Assembly: GCA_026770705.1 (NCBI GenBank)
Contig: JANJGN010000089.1
Location: 1,364,001 to 1,428,000 of the forward strand
Reading direction: 5' to 3'
Length of the DNA stretch: 64,000 nucleotides
Source: Isurus oxyrinchus
Lineage: Eukaryota
The notes below the pieces were generated by a model. It did no database searches. It was not told where the DNA came from and worked only from the letters and a program-made list of their open reading frames with translations. Position numbers and translations under genes: made by a program. Of this stretch, positions 38,370 through 51,705 are shown piece after piece; within the stretch, counting starts at the first letter, position 1, and the number at the start of each line of letters is the position of its first letter.

Positions 38370-38835
38370 CATTTATTCGTGGGATTTGAGCTGGGCATGC
38401 TGGGTCAACATTTATTGATCATCCATAATTCCCCTTGCAAACGTGATGGTGAGCTGCATTCTTGAACCGCTGAATTCCATGTGGTGTACTCACAGTGCTG
38501 TTAAGGAGGGAATATCAGGATTTTGACCCAGCGACAGTGAAGAATCGGCGATATATTCCGAGTCAGGATGATGAGTGACTTGGAGGGGAACATCCAGGTT
38601 TTGGTATTTCCATCGATTTGATGCCCTTGTGCTTTTAGATGGTAGTGGTCGTGGGTTTGGAAGGTTTTGTCGAATAAGCCGTGGTGAATTTCTGGAGTGC
38701 ATATTGTAGAGGATACACACTGAGCTACTGTGCACCGTGAAGGAGTGAGTGAATATTTGTGGATGTGGTGCCAATAAAAGGGTTGCTTTGCCCTGCTTCC
38801 AATCTTCTTGAGTTTTGTGGGAGCTGCACTCATCG
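38370..38835 (-). mobile_element. CR1/L2-superfamily LINE 3' end
   Basis: MSAAPTKLKK..HNSPRL.RQNLPNPRPLP..HHPDSEYIA and a tail matching 23240-23420. Confidence 0.75.
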
Positions 38836-38960
38836 CGCTGGAAACTGGGAAACGGCCAATAGGATTTAGACCCAGAGCGCGGTCGGTTAAAGGGGCGGGA
38901 CAGAAACTCGGATAAAAATGTTCCTATAATGAGAACAGGAATGTTTATTAATCCAAAGGT

Positions 38961-39052
38961 TCACATTTCCACATTCAGTCCAGATCTGTATCCCTGCAGC
39001 GACTTCAGCTGATTATTTTTTTCCATTTTGATTGAGCTGATTGAAATTCACC
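38961..39052 (-). pseudogene. NLR terminal exon
   Basis: VNFNQLNQNGK/NQLKSLQGYRSGLNVEM* with a frameshift in an A7 run. Acceptor reads tttcAC. AATAAA at 38944-38949. Confidence 0.6.
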
Positions 39053-39857
39053 GTGAAATAGATTAAAGATTAAACAGGATTAAACAGATTGAACAAAAGT
39101 GTAAATAACAGGGAGACTTGAGTTAATGGGCCAAATCTCCTGCTCACTGCGTCTTCAGAGACCAGACATATGTCTGAAGATTGGCAGCGGGACTCTATGA
39201 TGTCCAGACTCGCGGGCCTAAGTGGGAAATGCCCCAGAGGTTTAAATTTCCACTGCGCAATACCCCTGCTGCCCAGGACCCTGTGTGAATGTCTCTGACT
39301 CTGAGGTAGTATCGGAGACTTTGGACAAATCCACAGGCCTTACCTGGGTAGTTCCCCAGGAAATGTTAGACTGTAAAACCTGGTCTAATACCTTGGTAAC
39401 TCCACAACCGAGTCCCCCAATCACCCAACCCCACTCCCCACTGACCATCATACTACACCCACACTACCCAATTAACTCCTCCAACCACCGCTGCCAACCC
39501 GACTCCCTCGTGACCATTCCTACTCTGACCTTGACCAAATCTGATTAAAGTTCCGTCTTTACAGCCCGACCCAACAACGCCGCTGCTCCAACACCATTAG
39601 CCTTCAACCTGACCGCATTAACCTCTCGACCCCACCACTCTCCCCTGACTCGCCTAGACGCTTCTCGGATGGAGCTCCCCGGGGAGTCACTGCTGAAGGT
39701 CCCAGGAGGAAAATGAAGCAGTTTCAGTTTGGGAAAAGCTTTTTGAGCAGCGGCAATCCGCTTTTCATTGCTGCTGTTTGATAGATTCAGGACCATTTAT
39801 ATTTTAAATCCCATTTATATTTTAATTATTACACTAAAAATTAACACCAACATTCAC

Positions 39858-40025
39858 TTGATCAGACTCAGAGTCCTGCAGGTCAGGATGAGGCGGAGGA
39901 GAGCGGGGACAGATTGGTCTGAGAAGGAGTTAAATCCCAGTTCCAGATCGGTCAGTGACCGGATTGTACTGAGAGCGGAGGCGAGATCCTCGACACAAGA
40001 ATTAGTGAGATCGTTATCACCTAGA
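39858..40025 (-). pseudogene. NLR LRR exon (168 nt, open)
   Basis: ccttag|..LGDNDLTNSCVEDLASALSTIRSLTDLELGFNSFSDQSVPALLRLILTCRTLSLI|gtgaat. Confidence 0.9.
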
Positions 40026-40244
40026 CTAAGGAACAGCGGGAGAAAAAGAACAGAAATCAGGGTAAATCCACAGTGTTTATACAAATAAATTGATAATAAT
40101 ATGCAGTAAGAGGCATTCCAAAAGTACAACATCCATTTACAAAGGAAAAAGAAAACAATGAATGCTGCAAATTAAATGCAAATGTAATATACTGGAAATA
40201 CTCAGCAGATCAGGCAAGTATTTGTGAAAAGAGAAAGAGAGTTA

Positions 40245-42505
40245 AACATAAAAACAGGAAATAGGAGCAGGACTAGGCCATTCGGCCCTTCAAGCCTGCT
40301 CCACCATTCATTATGATCATGGCTGATCATCCATCTCAATAGCCTGCTCCCGCTTTCTCCCAATATGCTTTGATCCCTTTCGCCCCAAGAGCTACATCTA
40401 ACTCCTTCTTCAAAACATACAATGCTTTGGACCCTACTACTTTCTGTGGTAGCGAATTCCACAGGCTCAACACTCTCTGGCTGAATAAATATATCCTCAA
40501 CTCAGTCCAAAATGGTCTACCCCATATCCTGAGAGTGTGACCCCTGGTTCTGGGCTCCCCCATCATTGGGAAAATCCTTCCTGCATTTACTCTGTCTACT
40601 CGTGCTATAATTTTATATCTCTCTATGAGATTCCCATCATTTTTTCAGATCTCCAGCGAAGATAATCCTAACCGACTCAATCTCTCCTCATATGTCAGTC
40701 CCGCCATCCCAGGAATCAGTCTGGTAAACCTTTGCTGCACTCCCTCTTCAGCAAGAACATCCTTCCTCAGGTAAGGAAGCCAAAGCTTCATACAATATTC
40801 CAGGTGTGGTCTCACCAAGTCCCTGTAATATTGCAGCAAGACAGCCCTGCTCTTGTACTCGAATCCTCTCGCTATGAAGGCCAACATACCATTTGGCTTA
40901 TTTGCTGCCTGCTGCACCTGGATGTTTACCTTCAGCAACTGGTGCACGTGGACACCCAGGTCTCATTGCACGTTTCCTTCTCTCAATTTATAAACATTCC
41001 AATAATAATCTACCGTCTTGTTTTTGCTACCAAAGTGGATAACCTCACAGTTATCCACATTGTACTGCATCAGCCATGCATTTGCCCACTCGCTCAGCTT
41101 GTCCAAATCACACTGAAGCATCTCTACAACCTCCTATCAGCTCACCTTCCTACCCTGTTTTGTGTCATTTGCAAATTAGGAGATATTACATTTAGCTCCC
41201 TCATTTAAATAATTAATATATATTGTGAATAGCTGGGCTCCCAGCACCGATCCCTCTGGTAATCCACTGGTCACAGCCTTCCATTCAGAAAAAGGCCCGT
41301 TTGCTCCTGTCTGTCAACCAGTTTTCGATCCATCTCAAATCACTACCCTGCTTTAATTTTACACTCCAATCTCTTAGGATGGACTTTGTTGAAAGACTTC
41401 TGAACATCCAAATGAACCATATCCACTGGCTCCCCCTCATCAACTCTACTAGTTACATCCTCACAAATTTCCAGTACATTTGTCAATCATGATTTCCCTT
41501 TCATAACTCGATGCTGACTTTGTCCGATTCTGCCACTTTTTCCAACTGCTCAGCTATTAAATCTTTTATAATTGACTCCAGAATTTTCCCCGCTACTGAC
41601 GTCAGGCTGACTGGTCTATAATTCGCTGTTTTCTCTCTACCTCCCTTTTTAAATAGTGGGGTTACATTAGCTCCGCTCCAATCTGTAGGAACTGTTCCAG
41701 CGTCTGTATAATCTCGGAAGATGACCACCCATTTTTCGAATGTTTCTCGGGCCACTTCCTTAAATACTCTGGGATGGAGAGTTTCAGGCCCTATGGATTT
41801 ATCGGCCTTCAATCCCATCAATTTCCCCAACACCATTTCCCTACTAATGCTGATTTATTTCAGTTCCTCCCATTCACTAAATCATATGTTCCCCAACATT
41901 TCTAGTATCTTATTTGTGTCCTCCTTTGTAATGACAGAACCAAAGTATGTATTTAGTTGGACGGTCACTTCTTTGTCCCCCATTATAAATGGCCCTGTTT
42001 GTGACTGTCAGGGACCTACATTTGTCTTCAACAATTTTTTTCTCTTCACAACCTATCGAAACTTTTACAATCAGTTTTTATGTTCCCCGCAAGCTTACTC
42101 CCATCCTCTATTTCCTCCTTCTTTATCAATCCTTTGGCCCTCCTTTGCAGAATTCTAAACTGCTCCCAATCCTCAGGTCTGTTGTTTTCTCTCGCCAATT
42201 TGTCTGCCTTTTCCTTGGATTTAATGCTACCTCTAATTTCCCTTGTAAGTCATGTTTTGTCCACCTTTCCTATTTTACTTCTGTGCACGACAGGAATAAA
42301 GAATTGAAGCCATTTGCCCATGCGCTTTTTAAATGTTTTCCATTGCTTATTCACCAACACCCCTTTAAGTAACGTTTTCCCAATCCATCATAGCCAACTC
42401 GCACCTCACACCGCTGTAGCTTCCTTTATTACAATTCAGGACCTTAGTCTGAGAATCCACTACTTCACTCTCCGTCCTGATGAAGAATTCTACCATATTA
42501 CAGTC
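40245..42505 (-). mobile_element. CR1 LINE, 5'-truncated
   Basis: ORF2 pieces DWSGANVTPLFKKGGREK..NYRPVSLTS, LVRPHLEYC and TRGHTLRI, with the 3' tail at ~40250. Confidence 0.92.
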
Positions 42506-45500
42506 TGAGCTCTTATTAGAACTGTGAAATAGCAGTGAATTGACAGATTTTAATCTACGAAGTTTGGGGGAGATTGGGGCAAGGAGGGAACAAAATAGAA
42601 TTTGAGGTGTGATTAAATGACAAAAGGGATGATGGTGCAAGACAACAGCACAGTATCTCGACGCCACTAGGGTGGGGGACATGGGATCCTCCGTGACTTA
42701 GGAAAGAAGTTTATGGTCAGGTGGAGGATAATTTCTGAGATCTTAATGGGGCTATGAAGGCAACATACCTGATTTACTGGTGCCTCCCTGGAGGTGCTTC
42801 TCCAGGCTGCTCTAGCTCAGAGGGAGGTTCTATTCCCTCAGGACGAGAGGAGGAGATCAGCCCAGTCAATCCGAGCAAGCCTGGGTGGAGATTGCCGAGG
42901 AGGTGAGCAGGTGTGGGGCACTTGGTTGCAATGACACAAAAGGATCAATTCACTGATGTGTTCTGGCAAGGTGAGTGCAGCAAACAATTTTAAACATACA
43001 GCTGTAAACGTGACTAAGGATGCCCAGGTAGCAGCATTGACTGGTAGAGACATGCCAGTCCGTCTGTGGAAGGCTGTGGCCAATGAGAGTTGACTCCTGT
43101 GCTGCCGAGACTGAGTGGCCACATGCAGGAGGCATCTCTGTGGTAACATGATGCACAGCCAGGCTGACAGCAGCATAGACTAATGTGTATCTTTGATGGG
43201 TGAGTAGCGATGGAAATTTATGTGTTTCTGGAAGAGTGCACGTGATGTCCGGGAAGGAGCAGAAGTCCACATCTTACCGTCCTTACGCCAATGGAAGATT
43301 AAGTGCTGCAGCTGGGGGGCCTGAAGGCAGGGTGGATGGCTGGTGGAGCTGAGAGGTCGAGCAGCTTAATGAACAGGCACCGGAGAGCCTCTGTGGCCAC
43401 AAAACATAATGCTTCTCTATCCATCACTGGTCACAGATTCTAGTCTGATGAGCGTGTTGGAATACGAACAGAATACCTAGGAGCAGGAGTAGGCCATTCA
43501 GCCCCTCAAGCCTTCACCGTCATTTGATAAGATGATGGCTCATCTGATTTTGGCCTCAACTCCGCTTTCCTGTCGTTCTGCTATAACCCTCAATTACCTT
43601 GTCAATCAAAAATCCACCCTAACTCACCCTTGAATATATTCAATGACCTAGCCTCCAATCCCCTCTTGAGAAGAGAATTCCACAGAATAACTACATTTCT
43701 TCACATCTCAGTCGTAAAGTGGAGACATCTATTTTTTCCTCCTACAAGAGGAAAGACCTTCTCAGCGTACGCCCTCAAGTCCACTCAGGATCTTGTATGT
43801 TCAATAAGATCACCTCTGAGCGTCCTGAACTCCAACGGGTATAGGCCTAAACTGCTCAACATTTTCTCATAGCATAAATCCCTTCATCCCAGCAATCAGT
43901 CGAGTGAATCTTCACTGAACTGATTCTAATGGAATTATTCCCTTTCTTAAGTAAATAAGCCAAAACTGTAAACTTTACTCCAGATGCTGCCTGACTAAGG
44001 CCCTGTATAGCTGCAGCAAAACTTCCCTACTTTTACAATGCATTCCCCTTGCAATAAAAACATATGAAATAGGAGCTGGAGCCTGCTATTCAGCCCTTCG
44101 AGCCCGCTCCACCGTTCACTGAGATCATGGTTCATCTTCCACTTCAATAACATTTCCTTGTATTAACCCCATGTTCCATGATGTTTTCAATGTGTAGAAA
44201 TTTATAAATCTCAGTCATGGACATACTAAATGACTGAGCCTCCTCTGGGGCAGTGAATTCCAAGGATTCACCACACTCTGAGTGAAGAACTTCCACCAAA
44301 TCTCTGTCCTAAATGGCCTGCCCCTTATTCTGAGACTGTGTGCCCTGGTTCAAAACACCCCCAGCCTGGGGCAACCTCCTACCTGCATCTGCACTGTCAA
44401 CCTCTGTAAGAATTTCGTATGCCTGAATGAGATCACCACTCACTCTTCTAAAATCCAGAGAATAGAAGCCCAGTCTATTTAATTTTTCGTCAGCACGCAT
44501 TACTCCAGGAATTATTTTAGTGCAATCCTCATTGCACTTAGTCTAGAAAAGTATATATTTCCTTAGATAAGAAGACAAAAACTGCATAGAATGCTGCTGT
44601 TGCGGCCTCACCAAGGCAGTGAGACATCTTTACTCCTGTACTCAAATCCACTTGTAATAAAAGGCAACAGAACATTTACCTTTTTAACGGTTTGCTGTAC
44701 CTGCATGTTAGCTGTAAATGAGTCATGAACAAGGACATTGATATTCCTTTGAAGACCAACGCTTCCTAGTCTCTACTATTTAGAAAATGGTCTGTATTTG
44801 TAATTTCCTGCCAATGTGGATAACGTCACATTTCTCCATATTGTATTCCTTCTGCCAAATTTTGGCCACTCTCCTATGCTCTCCAGATGCACTTGAAGTA
44901 TCTTTGCATCCTCCTCACAACTGACATATCCACCTAATTCCCTGTCACCTGCAAACTTCTAAATATTACATTTAATCCCCACATCCAAATCATTGATGTA
45001 GATTGGAATAGCTACGGCAGTGATCCTTGCACTACCTCACTTTACCACATCAGTGGGTCTCCTCTTGTTTACTCTGCTGACTGCATAGTCAAAATATCCC
45101 AACAGGTATGTTAAACTTGATTTCCCTTTCATAAATCCATGTTACATCTGCCCAATCCTACCATTGTTTTCTAAGTGTTCTATTATCACATCCTTTATTG
45201 CAGAATCTAGCATTTTCCCTACTACTTATGTCAGGCTAACAGGTTTTTAGTTCCCAATTTATACTCTCCCTCCTTTCTTAATCAACGTGGTTATATTTTC
45301 CACCTTCCAATCTGCAGGAACCATTCCAGAGGCCACAGAATTTTGAAATATGATCACCGACTACTATCTCTGCAGCCACTTCGTTCAACACTCTGGGATT
45401 TAGATCATCAGGTTCAGGGAATTTATCTACTTTAGGTCCCAGTAATTTCTCTAATAATTTTTTCAAACAAGTATTAATAACTTGCAGTTCCTCGTTTGCA

Positions 45501-46364
45501 CTAGTCCCTTGATGCCCCTTTATTTCTGAGCAATGTTTAGTGTTTTCCTCTGTGAAGACAGAAAAGGTATTTGTTTATTTTATCTGCCATTTGCTTATTC
45601 CATATTGTAAATTTTCCTGACTTTGCTTGAAATGAACCCACATTTATATTTCCTAATATTTTCCTCTTTACATACCCTACAGAAGCATTTATAATCAGTC
45701 TTTGTATCTCATGCTAGTATACTCTCAGATTCTATATTTTCTTTCTTCATCGATTTCTATGTCCTCCTCTGCAGGTTTCAAAAATGCTACCAATTCCCAG
45801 GCTTTCATTTTTCAGGCAACTTTATAAATCCCTTCCCTTGATCTAATACAATTCTTGATTTCTTCCGTTGCGACACTTTGGTTATTGGCTTTTTGTGCAT
45901 CAAAGGAATATATTTTTGTTGTAAACATATCACATTTCAAAACCTCGAATGGAAATTGGGTAAAGAGATTCACAGTCACGTTCTTCAGTTAACTAGGCAG
46001 TCGTTGGAATTGCTTTATCCAAAGCATTTACATAAGCACCAGCATACCAATTGTCTTCCTAATCACTTGCTCCACTGCATCCCGAATTTTAGGGATTCAT
46101 GGACTGGGGGTCCCAGATCCCTCCGTAGCATACAGTCTGCAATCTTTCTCCATTCAGGTAAGGTAATGTTTTTCTATTCTTACAGCCAAAGAGGAAAATT
46201 TCACATTAAACTCCATCTGCCAATTATTTGCGGACTTAACCGATCTAAATCCCTTTGTAGACTCGCTATGTCCAAGTAACCTGACAACTTACTTTCGTAC
46301 CTTTACACCATCGGAATATTTAGCTACCATCCATTCAGTTCCTCACTCAAGTAATTTACACAGG

Positions 46365-46637
46365 TACCTGGAAAAAAACTCAGCAGTTCTGACAGCATCT
46401 GCGGAGATGGACACAATTGACTTTTCCAGCCTGGATGACCCTTCATCAGAACTAAGACAGAAATAAATTATACACAATATCGCATTTCTATATGTCTTAG
46501 TTCTGATGAAGGGTCATCCAAACTCGAAACATCAAATGTGTACCTCCCCGCAAATGCTGTGAGAACTGCTGAGTTTTTCGAGGTATGTTTGTTCTTGTTC
46601 TAGATTACGAGCATCCGCAGTATTTTGCTTTTATTTT
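46365..46637. mobile_element. Short palindromic Penelope insertion (inverted pseudo-LTRs) with two hammerhead-like cores
   Basis: Arms ~46365-46458 and ~46494-46585 are reverse complements (ggatgacccttcatcagaactaagac / gtcttagttctgatgaagggtcatcc). Flanked by tttacacagg / tttacatagg. Confidence 0.8.
46498..46540 (+). ncRNA. Minimal type I hammerhead ribozyme-like motif
   Basis: CTGATGA (46503-46509), a short stem II (gggt..actc), GAAA (46526-46529), then C-ATC. Confidence 0.5.
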
Positions 46638-48224
46638 ACATAGGTACTTCAGGCCCCAGCACTGACCACTGTGTCACTCCACTAGTACCAGTTTGCCAAA
46701 CCGAAAATGGCCCTTTACCCCAACTCTCTGTTTGCTGTTAGCTAATCAATGGTCTATGCATACTGGTATACTAACACCTGCATAACAAATTCTTATCTTG
46801 TTATCTTTTTTATCTTTGATGCAACACCTTATCAAATTGCTTTTGGAAATCCAAATGCACCAAATCTACAGATTCTCCTTGATCAATTATCATGTTACTT
46901 CCTCAAATACATCTAATACATTCACCTGATGTGATTTCCAATCCGCTGGACCTTCCATGAATCTAGGGAATTTTGGAAGATCACAACCAATGCATCTACA
47001 ATGTCTGCAGCCACTTCCTTTAAGACCCTATGATGAAAGCCATCAAGTCAATGGACTTGTCAAACTTTGGTTCTAATATTTTCCCTAGTACCTTTTCCCT
47101 CATAATCCTGATTGTTTTAAGTTCCTCCTTTCTTTTTACCCCTTGAATTTCAATTATTCTTGGGATGTTTCTTGTGTCTTCTACTGTGAAGAGAGACACA
47201 AAATACCTGTTGAGCGCTTCTGCCATTTCCTCATTTCACATTGTTAGTTTCCCGGCCTCATTTTCTAAGGGACCTATGCACACTTTAAAACTCATTTCCT
47301 ATATAATTATTAGGCGAACCTGTATTAGTTTTTGGACTTCTAACTGGCTTTCTCTCATAATCTGCTGATAAAAGGCACCGTTACTAAGATGTCATTAATT
47401 CATCCCGTCTCATTGATCATTCGCAGGTCTAAAATAGCCGTTCTGTGGTAGGCACTGGAACATACTCACTAAGAAACTGTCTTGAATACACTCAATGAAC
47501 ACATCTTCCAGGCTACCTTTGCAATTATGCTTCATCCAAAGTGTATGAAGATTAAAATAACCCGCGATGATTGCAGCACCATTCTTACAAGCGCAGATTT
47601 TTTTTACTGTATATTCTGTCCAAAAGTGTGAAGGTATTAGGGGCCTATAAGCTACCCCCATATGGACTGCTGTGGTTCAAGAGGGCAGCTCACCACAACT
47701 TTCCCAAGGATAAGTAGGGATGGGCAAGTAATGTTGGCCTAGCCGGTGATGCCTGGATCCCATGAACGAATAAAAAAGTGACATTTTACCGTTGCTAATA
47801 CTTATTTCTATTCAAAACAATTCTTCATTTGTTCTTCTGAACTAAGTTCATCTCTGACTACTGTACTAATGTCATCAGTTATTAACAGAGCGACTCCACC
47901 ACTTTTCCTCACTTCTGCCATCTAACCATTTTCCTCTTTTTCGCAAATTAAAGGCCATGTGACTGGGGACAGCCACCCAACACTGAGGAGGAGAGTAGTC
48001 TTCACATTATTCCCCTAAACCCTCGACAGAAATATCTTTGGGAATGTCATCCCATAGCCTCAGGGTCAGAGAGAGAAATAACATGAATCAAACTAAATGT
48101 TTATTTTTATTCATGGTTAACAATAATAATAAAGGACAGTGTTTTAATACTAGTAACAGTGCCCAAAATATATTGTTAAAAATTAAGTTACTCTAAACAC
48201 AATCACACACTGTCTAGTACTTAC

Positions 48225-48391
48225 TCCAGGTTCTGTATTTTACATTCCTGCCTCCTCAAAGCGACAGACAGTTGTGTCACTCCTGGATCTCGCAGTTTGT
48301 TGTTACCCAGGTTCAGATCCGTCACTGAGCGACTAAAAAAACAGAGGCAAGATCCTTTGCACAAGAATCTGTCAGATTGGTGCCCCAAAGA
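48225..48391 (-). pseudogene. NLR LRR exon (167 nt, frameshifted)
   Basis: ccccag|LWGTNLTDSCAKDLAS../RSVTDLNLGN/KLRDPGVTQLSVALRRQECKIQNL|gtaagt. Confidence 0.85.
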
Positions 48392-48619
48392 CTGGGGGGT
48401 GGAGGAGGGTTCGAAATAGAAAAATAACAGAAATCAGAATATATTTCCAGTTTCTATCAAGGAAAGTAACTAATATAAATAATAATATGCAGCGTGAAAC
48501 ATTGAAGAAACAATTTCAAAACATAAAAGTAATCTATAATTGATACTGTCATTGCGAAATATAAAGGAATATTCTGTAAATAGTCAGCCTGTGAGACAGT
48601 ATCTGGGAAGGGAGAAACA

Positions 48620-49310
48620 GACCCCAGAGTCCCGCAGGTGGGTGCGTGCCTGACGCAAGCAGGTGTGGAATCGTATGAAATGATCTCGGAAGAGCGTAGT
48701 GACGTCATCACGCACTCTTGCGATATTTCGCTTGGCGAGTACTCGCTAAATTTGAAGAGCTCCCGCGCACAATTAAGCGGGAAATTAAATCCACTAACGT
48801 CCCAATTGTCAGTGGGTTTTCGTGGCCCATGAAACCTTACGTTGGCGGACCAGCCAATCGACCAGAAAACCTTTACATTCTTGGTGAAACCTCATCCAAG
48901 GGAGGGATGGAATCTCCGTTAGGATTTAAAATAAAAATAAATATCCGAGGACTATTTTTTGTGTGAGGCCTGCTTTAACGAGCTTGATTGTGCTGCATTG
49001 ACATTTTTGCAGCCCTTTTGTGTTTTTCCTTTTTTTATCCGGGGGTCTGCAGCTCTCTGAGGCATCTGTCTGCCTTCAGGGAGCTCAATGGAAGCGCTCA
49101 TTAGCACTTACAATGAGGTCGGTGCCGCCCTCTTCCCTCCCCCAGCGGCAGTGCTGAGACTTTCCCCGGGTACGCTTCACACTGGCTGGCTCTCATTTGG
49201 CCAAGCAGCGTAAGATCATGGTCGCGGGTCTGATCGGGCAGAAGCGCATTTCACATCCGCTCCCAGGCTCCTCATTCATGCGACCGGAAAGCGAAATGTT
49301 CACGCCAGGT
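48620..49310. mobile_element. CpG-rich non-autonomous insertion (possibly Harbinger-type MITE)
   Basis: A GC/CpG-rich block with an AT-rich centre, absent from the three paralogous NLR introns. The family assignment is a guess. Confidence 0.35.
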
Positions 49311-50472
49311 TAATGATTCAGTTTGATGAGCTTACAATAGAACTGGGAAAAGCAGGGTCTTGACTGGTTTTAAGTGGCAGCAAATTGCAGGGAGTTTTTA
49401 GTAGAAAATGGAAACGCACCGAGTATTAACGTGATAAAACTGGCCAGGGTACAAAACAAATCAGGGGACTCCACACCTTAAACCCGTGTCACTCGTGTGA
49501 GGATATGTAAGGAGGATGGTAAAGGAATGAAGTTTGTGGTGGGGAGAAAGATAATGGCTGTGAGTCCAATACACAGTGTTAGCCTCACAGCCTTATATGT
49601 GACGAAGGATAAAAGTGAACTTGGACAAAAGGTTTTGCCCATCCAGCCACTAGCAATACCCAGGCAGAAGCATTGGCTGCCAGAAGCATATCAGCCTCTC
49701 GTTGGCGATCCCTGGTCAGTCAGAGTTGACTCGTGTGCTCCCGTGACTCAGTGGGTTCAAACAGGAAGCGTCCCTGTGTCTCCATGATGGAAAGTCAGGC
49801 TGTCACCAGCGTAGTCTCTTGTATGTCTTTGATGGGTGAGTAAGAATGGAAATTTACGTGCTTGTACAAGAGAGCGCACAATGTCTTGGAACCATCAAAG
49901 ATAGTTGGCTACATCCAGATCTTGTCACCCTTAAGCCAATGGAAGATGAAATGCTGGCCATGGGAGTTTGGAATCAGGGCAGGAAATCACTGACAGTGAG
50001 ATTGTTGTGGAGCTGAGAGAATGAATGGCCTGAAGGATGGACACAGGACAGCCTATGGAGACAACAAAAAAAGTGATCATGTATCAGTCCCTAGTCACAT
50101 GGAGTAGTATGAAGGAAATGTTGGGATGCGCATTTCCCCATAATCACTCTCTTCCATCTCATAAATCAAGGGCTGCTGTTATTGGGTGCAGCCATCCACC
50201 TCTGAGAAGTGGGACAGTGCCCCTGGGTGCACCGTCATATTATCCCCCCACACCCTTGGCACACAAATCTCTTGGACTGACATTGCGTAGGCTGGGGATT
50301 TGACAGAAGTAACAGGAGGCGGAGGACATGCAGTTTCATTTCCAATAATACCATAATAACTGACGTTAGTAATAATCGACAGTGTTTATTTATTTTTCTA
50401 ATAAGATTGCTGAAAATGTTCTGTTAGACATTCAGTTATTATCAACATAATCTCACACGGTTTGGTACTTAC

Positions 50473-50643
50473 CTCAGTCTTTGTAATTTGCAGTCCAAGT
50501 TCTGCAGAGCCATAGACAGTAGTTTCACTCCTGAGTCACCCAGTTGATTAAGCCCCATGTCCAGATCTGTCACTGACTGGTTTGTACTGATAGCAGAGGC
50601 ACGATCCTTGGCACAAGAACCTGTGAGATTGTTATTCTTTAGA
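50473..50643 (-). pseudogene. NLR LRR exon (171 nt, open frame, acceptor AG>AT)
   Basis: LKNNNLTGSCAKDRASAISTNQSVTDLDMGLNQLGDSGVKLLSMALQNLDCKLQRL|gtaagt, preceded by tctgcAT. Confidence 0.88.
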
Positions 50644-51089
50644 ATGCAGATATGGGAGAGAAAACCCAGAAGAATCAGGGTAAATCTCCGGTGTCTGAGG
50701 GAACAGCATTAATGACAATAGTAAAGTACAGTGTGAGACACTCCATTATATCTAGGGAAAATACTATTGATGATGAAAATCTGAAATATAAATAGAAAAT
50801 TCTGGAATACTCAACAAGTCAGACACTATATGTGAAGGAAGAATTAGAGATAGCAGATTGAATTTTAAGCTCACCCGCCAGTAGGTTTTAAGCAATGGGT
50901 GAGAGTAAAGTTTTTGGGCTGGGCTTCCCACCAGACAATATATTTCAGCAACTGACGCTGGGGTGATCGAGGCCTCAGACGACCATCCGCCCCTGCCAGG
51001 GAAATGGGGGAGATGGAGGTAAGAAAGAAACAAAATGGAAGTTCAGGTGTGATTAAATGACAGGATGATGGTGCATGAAGTACAACACT

Positions 51090-51705
51090 CATTAACTGTG
51101 GCGTGAGAATTTGCTTATTGAGAGCCAAGTCGCAGCATGAAATGTGGTCAAACAACTGTTTCAGGTCACTATTAACACTTGAGTAGAAAAACTGGTTTGG
51201 CGTCTGCTAACATAATCAGACAATAGGCTATATAAACCTGTATGGGTCAACCATCAGCAGAAACAAGCTGGCATAAGCTAACAAGAAAGCCAAGTTAGCC
51301 TCCAGAGAAAGAACAATCACAATTTTGTGCAGAAAGCTGTATAAGTATGAACTGTGATCTGCAGCATAATACACACACCTGGAACCAAAGATAGTCACTG
51401 GAAGCAGGATCTACATCCACTTCAGAAGACCAGCCGAGGGGTAATTGTAAGTGTTATACTAGCAGCTTTGGGAATAGCTAGTTCAGAGAGGGATAGCCTC
51501 GGGACTTGATGTCTCATATATATCACATGTGCGACTAAGTGTAAGCTTACTGTAAATGGAAGAAACGTGGGAACAGTTCAGTACAGCCTAAGAGTTGATT
51601 CTGAACCTTACATTTGTGATGTTCTGTTGGGTGTTAAGCCACTTCACACCCGTTGTAATTCTGTGATTACGACCTCAAAGGGATAATTTCCCTGCTTGCA
51701 AGACC
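51090..51705 (+). mobile_element. Solo-LTR-like insertion
   Basis: A ~600 nt block absent from sister introns, starting near TGTGG with an internal TATA-like gtataag. Ends are not resolved. Confidence 0.35.

Larger units (their letters stand above)
43470..47930 (-). mobile_element. Nested CR1 LINEs (outer ~43470-44060 and ~46020-47930; inner ~44060-46020)
   Basis: Two 3' tails (43470, 44060). The outer element's text stops at ccccttgcaataaa and resumes at ..cagcataccaattgtcttcctaa. Endonuclease motifs GVAYRP and IIAGYFN at 47410-47660. Confidence 0.8.

Noticed and set aside
39545-39608. Alternative NLR last exon LKANGVGAAALLGRAVKTEL*
   Set aside because: The preceding AG has no polypyrimidine tract; 38961-39052 fits better and has a poly(A) signal.
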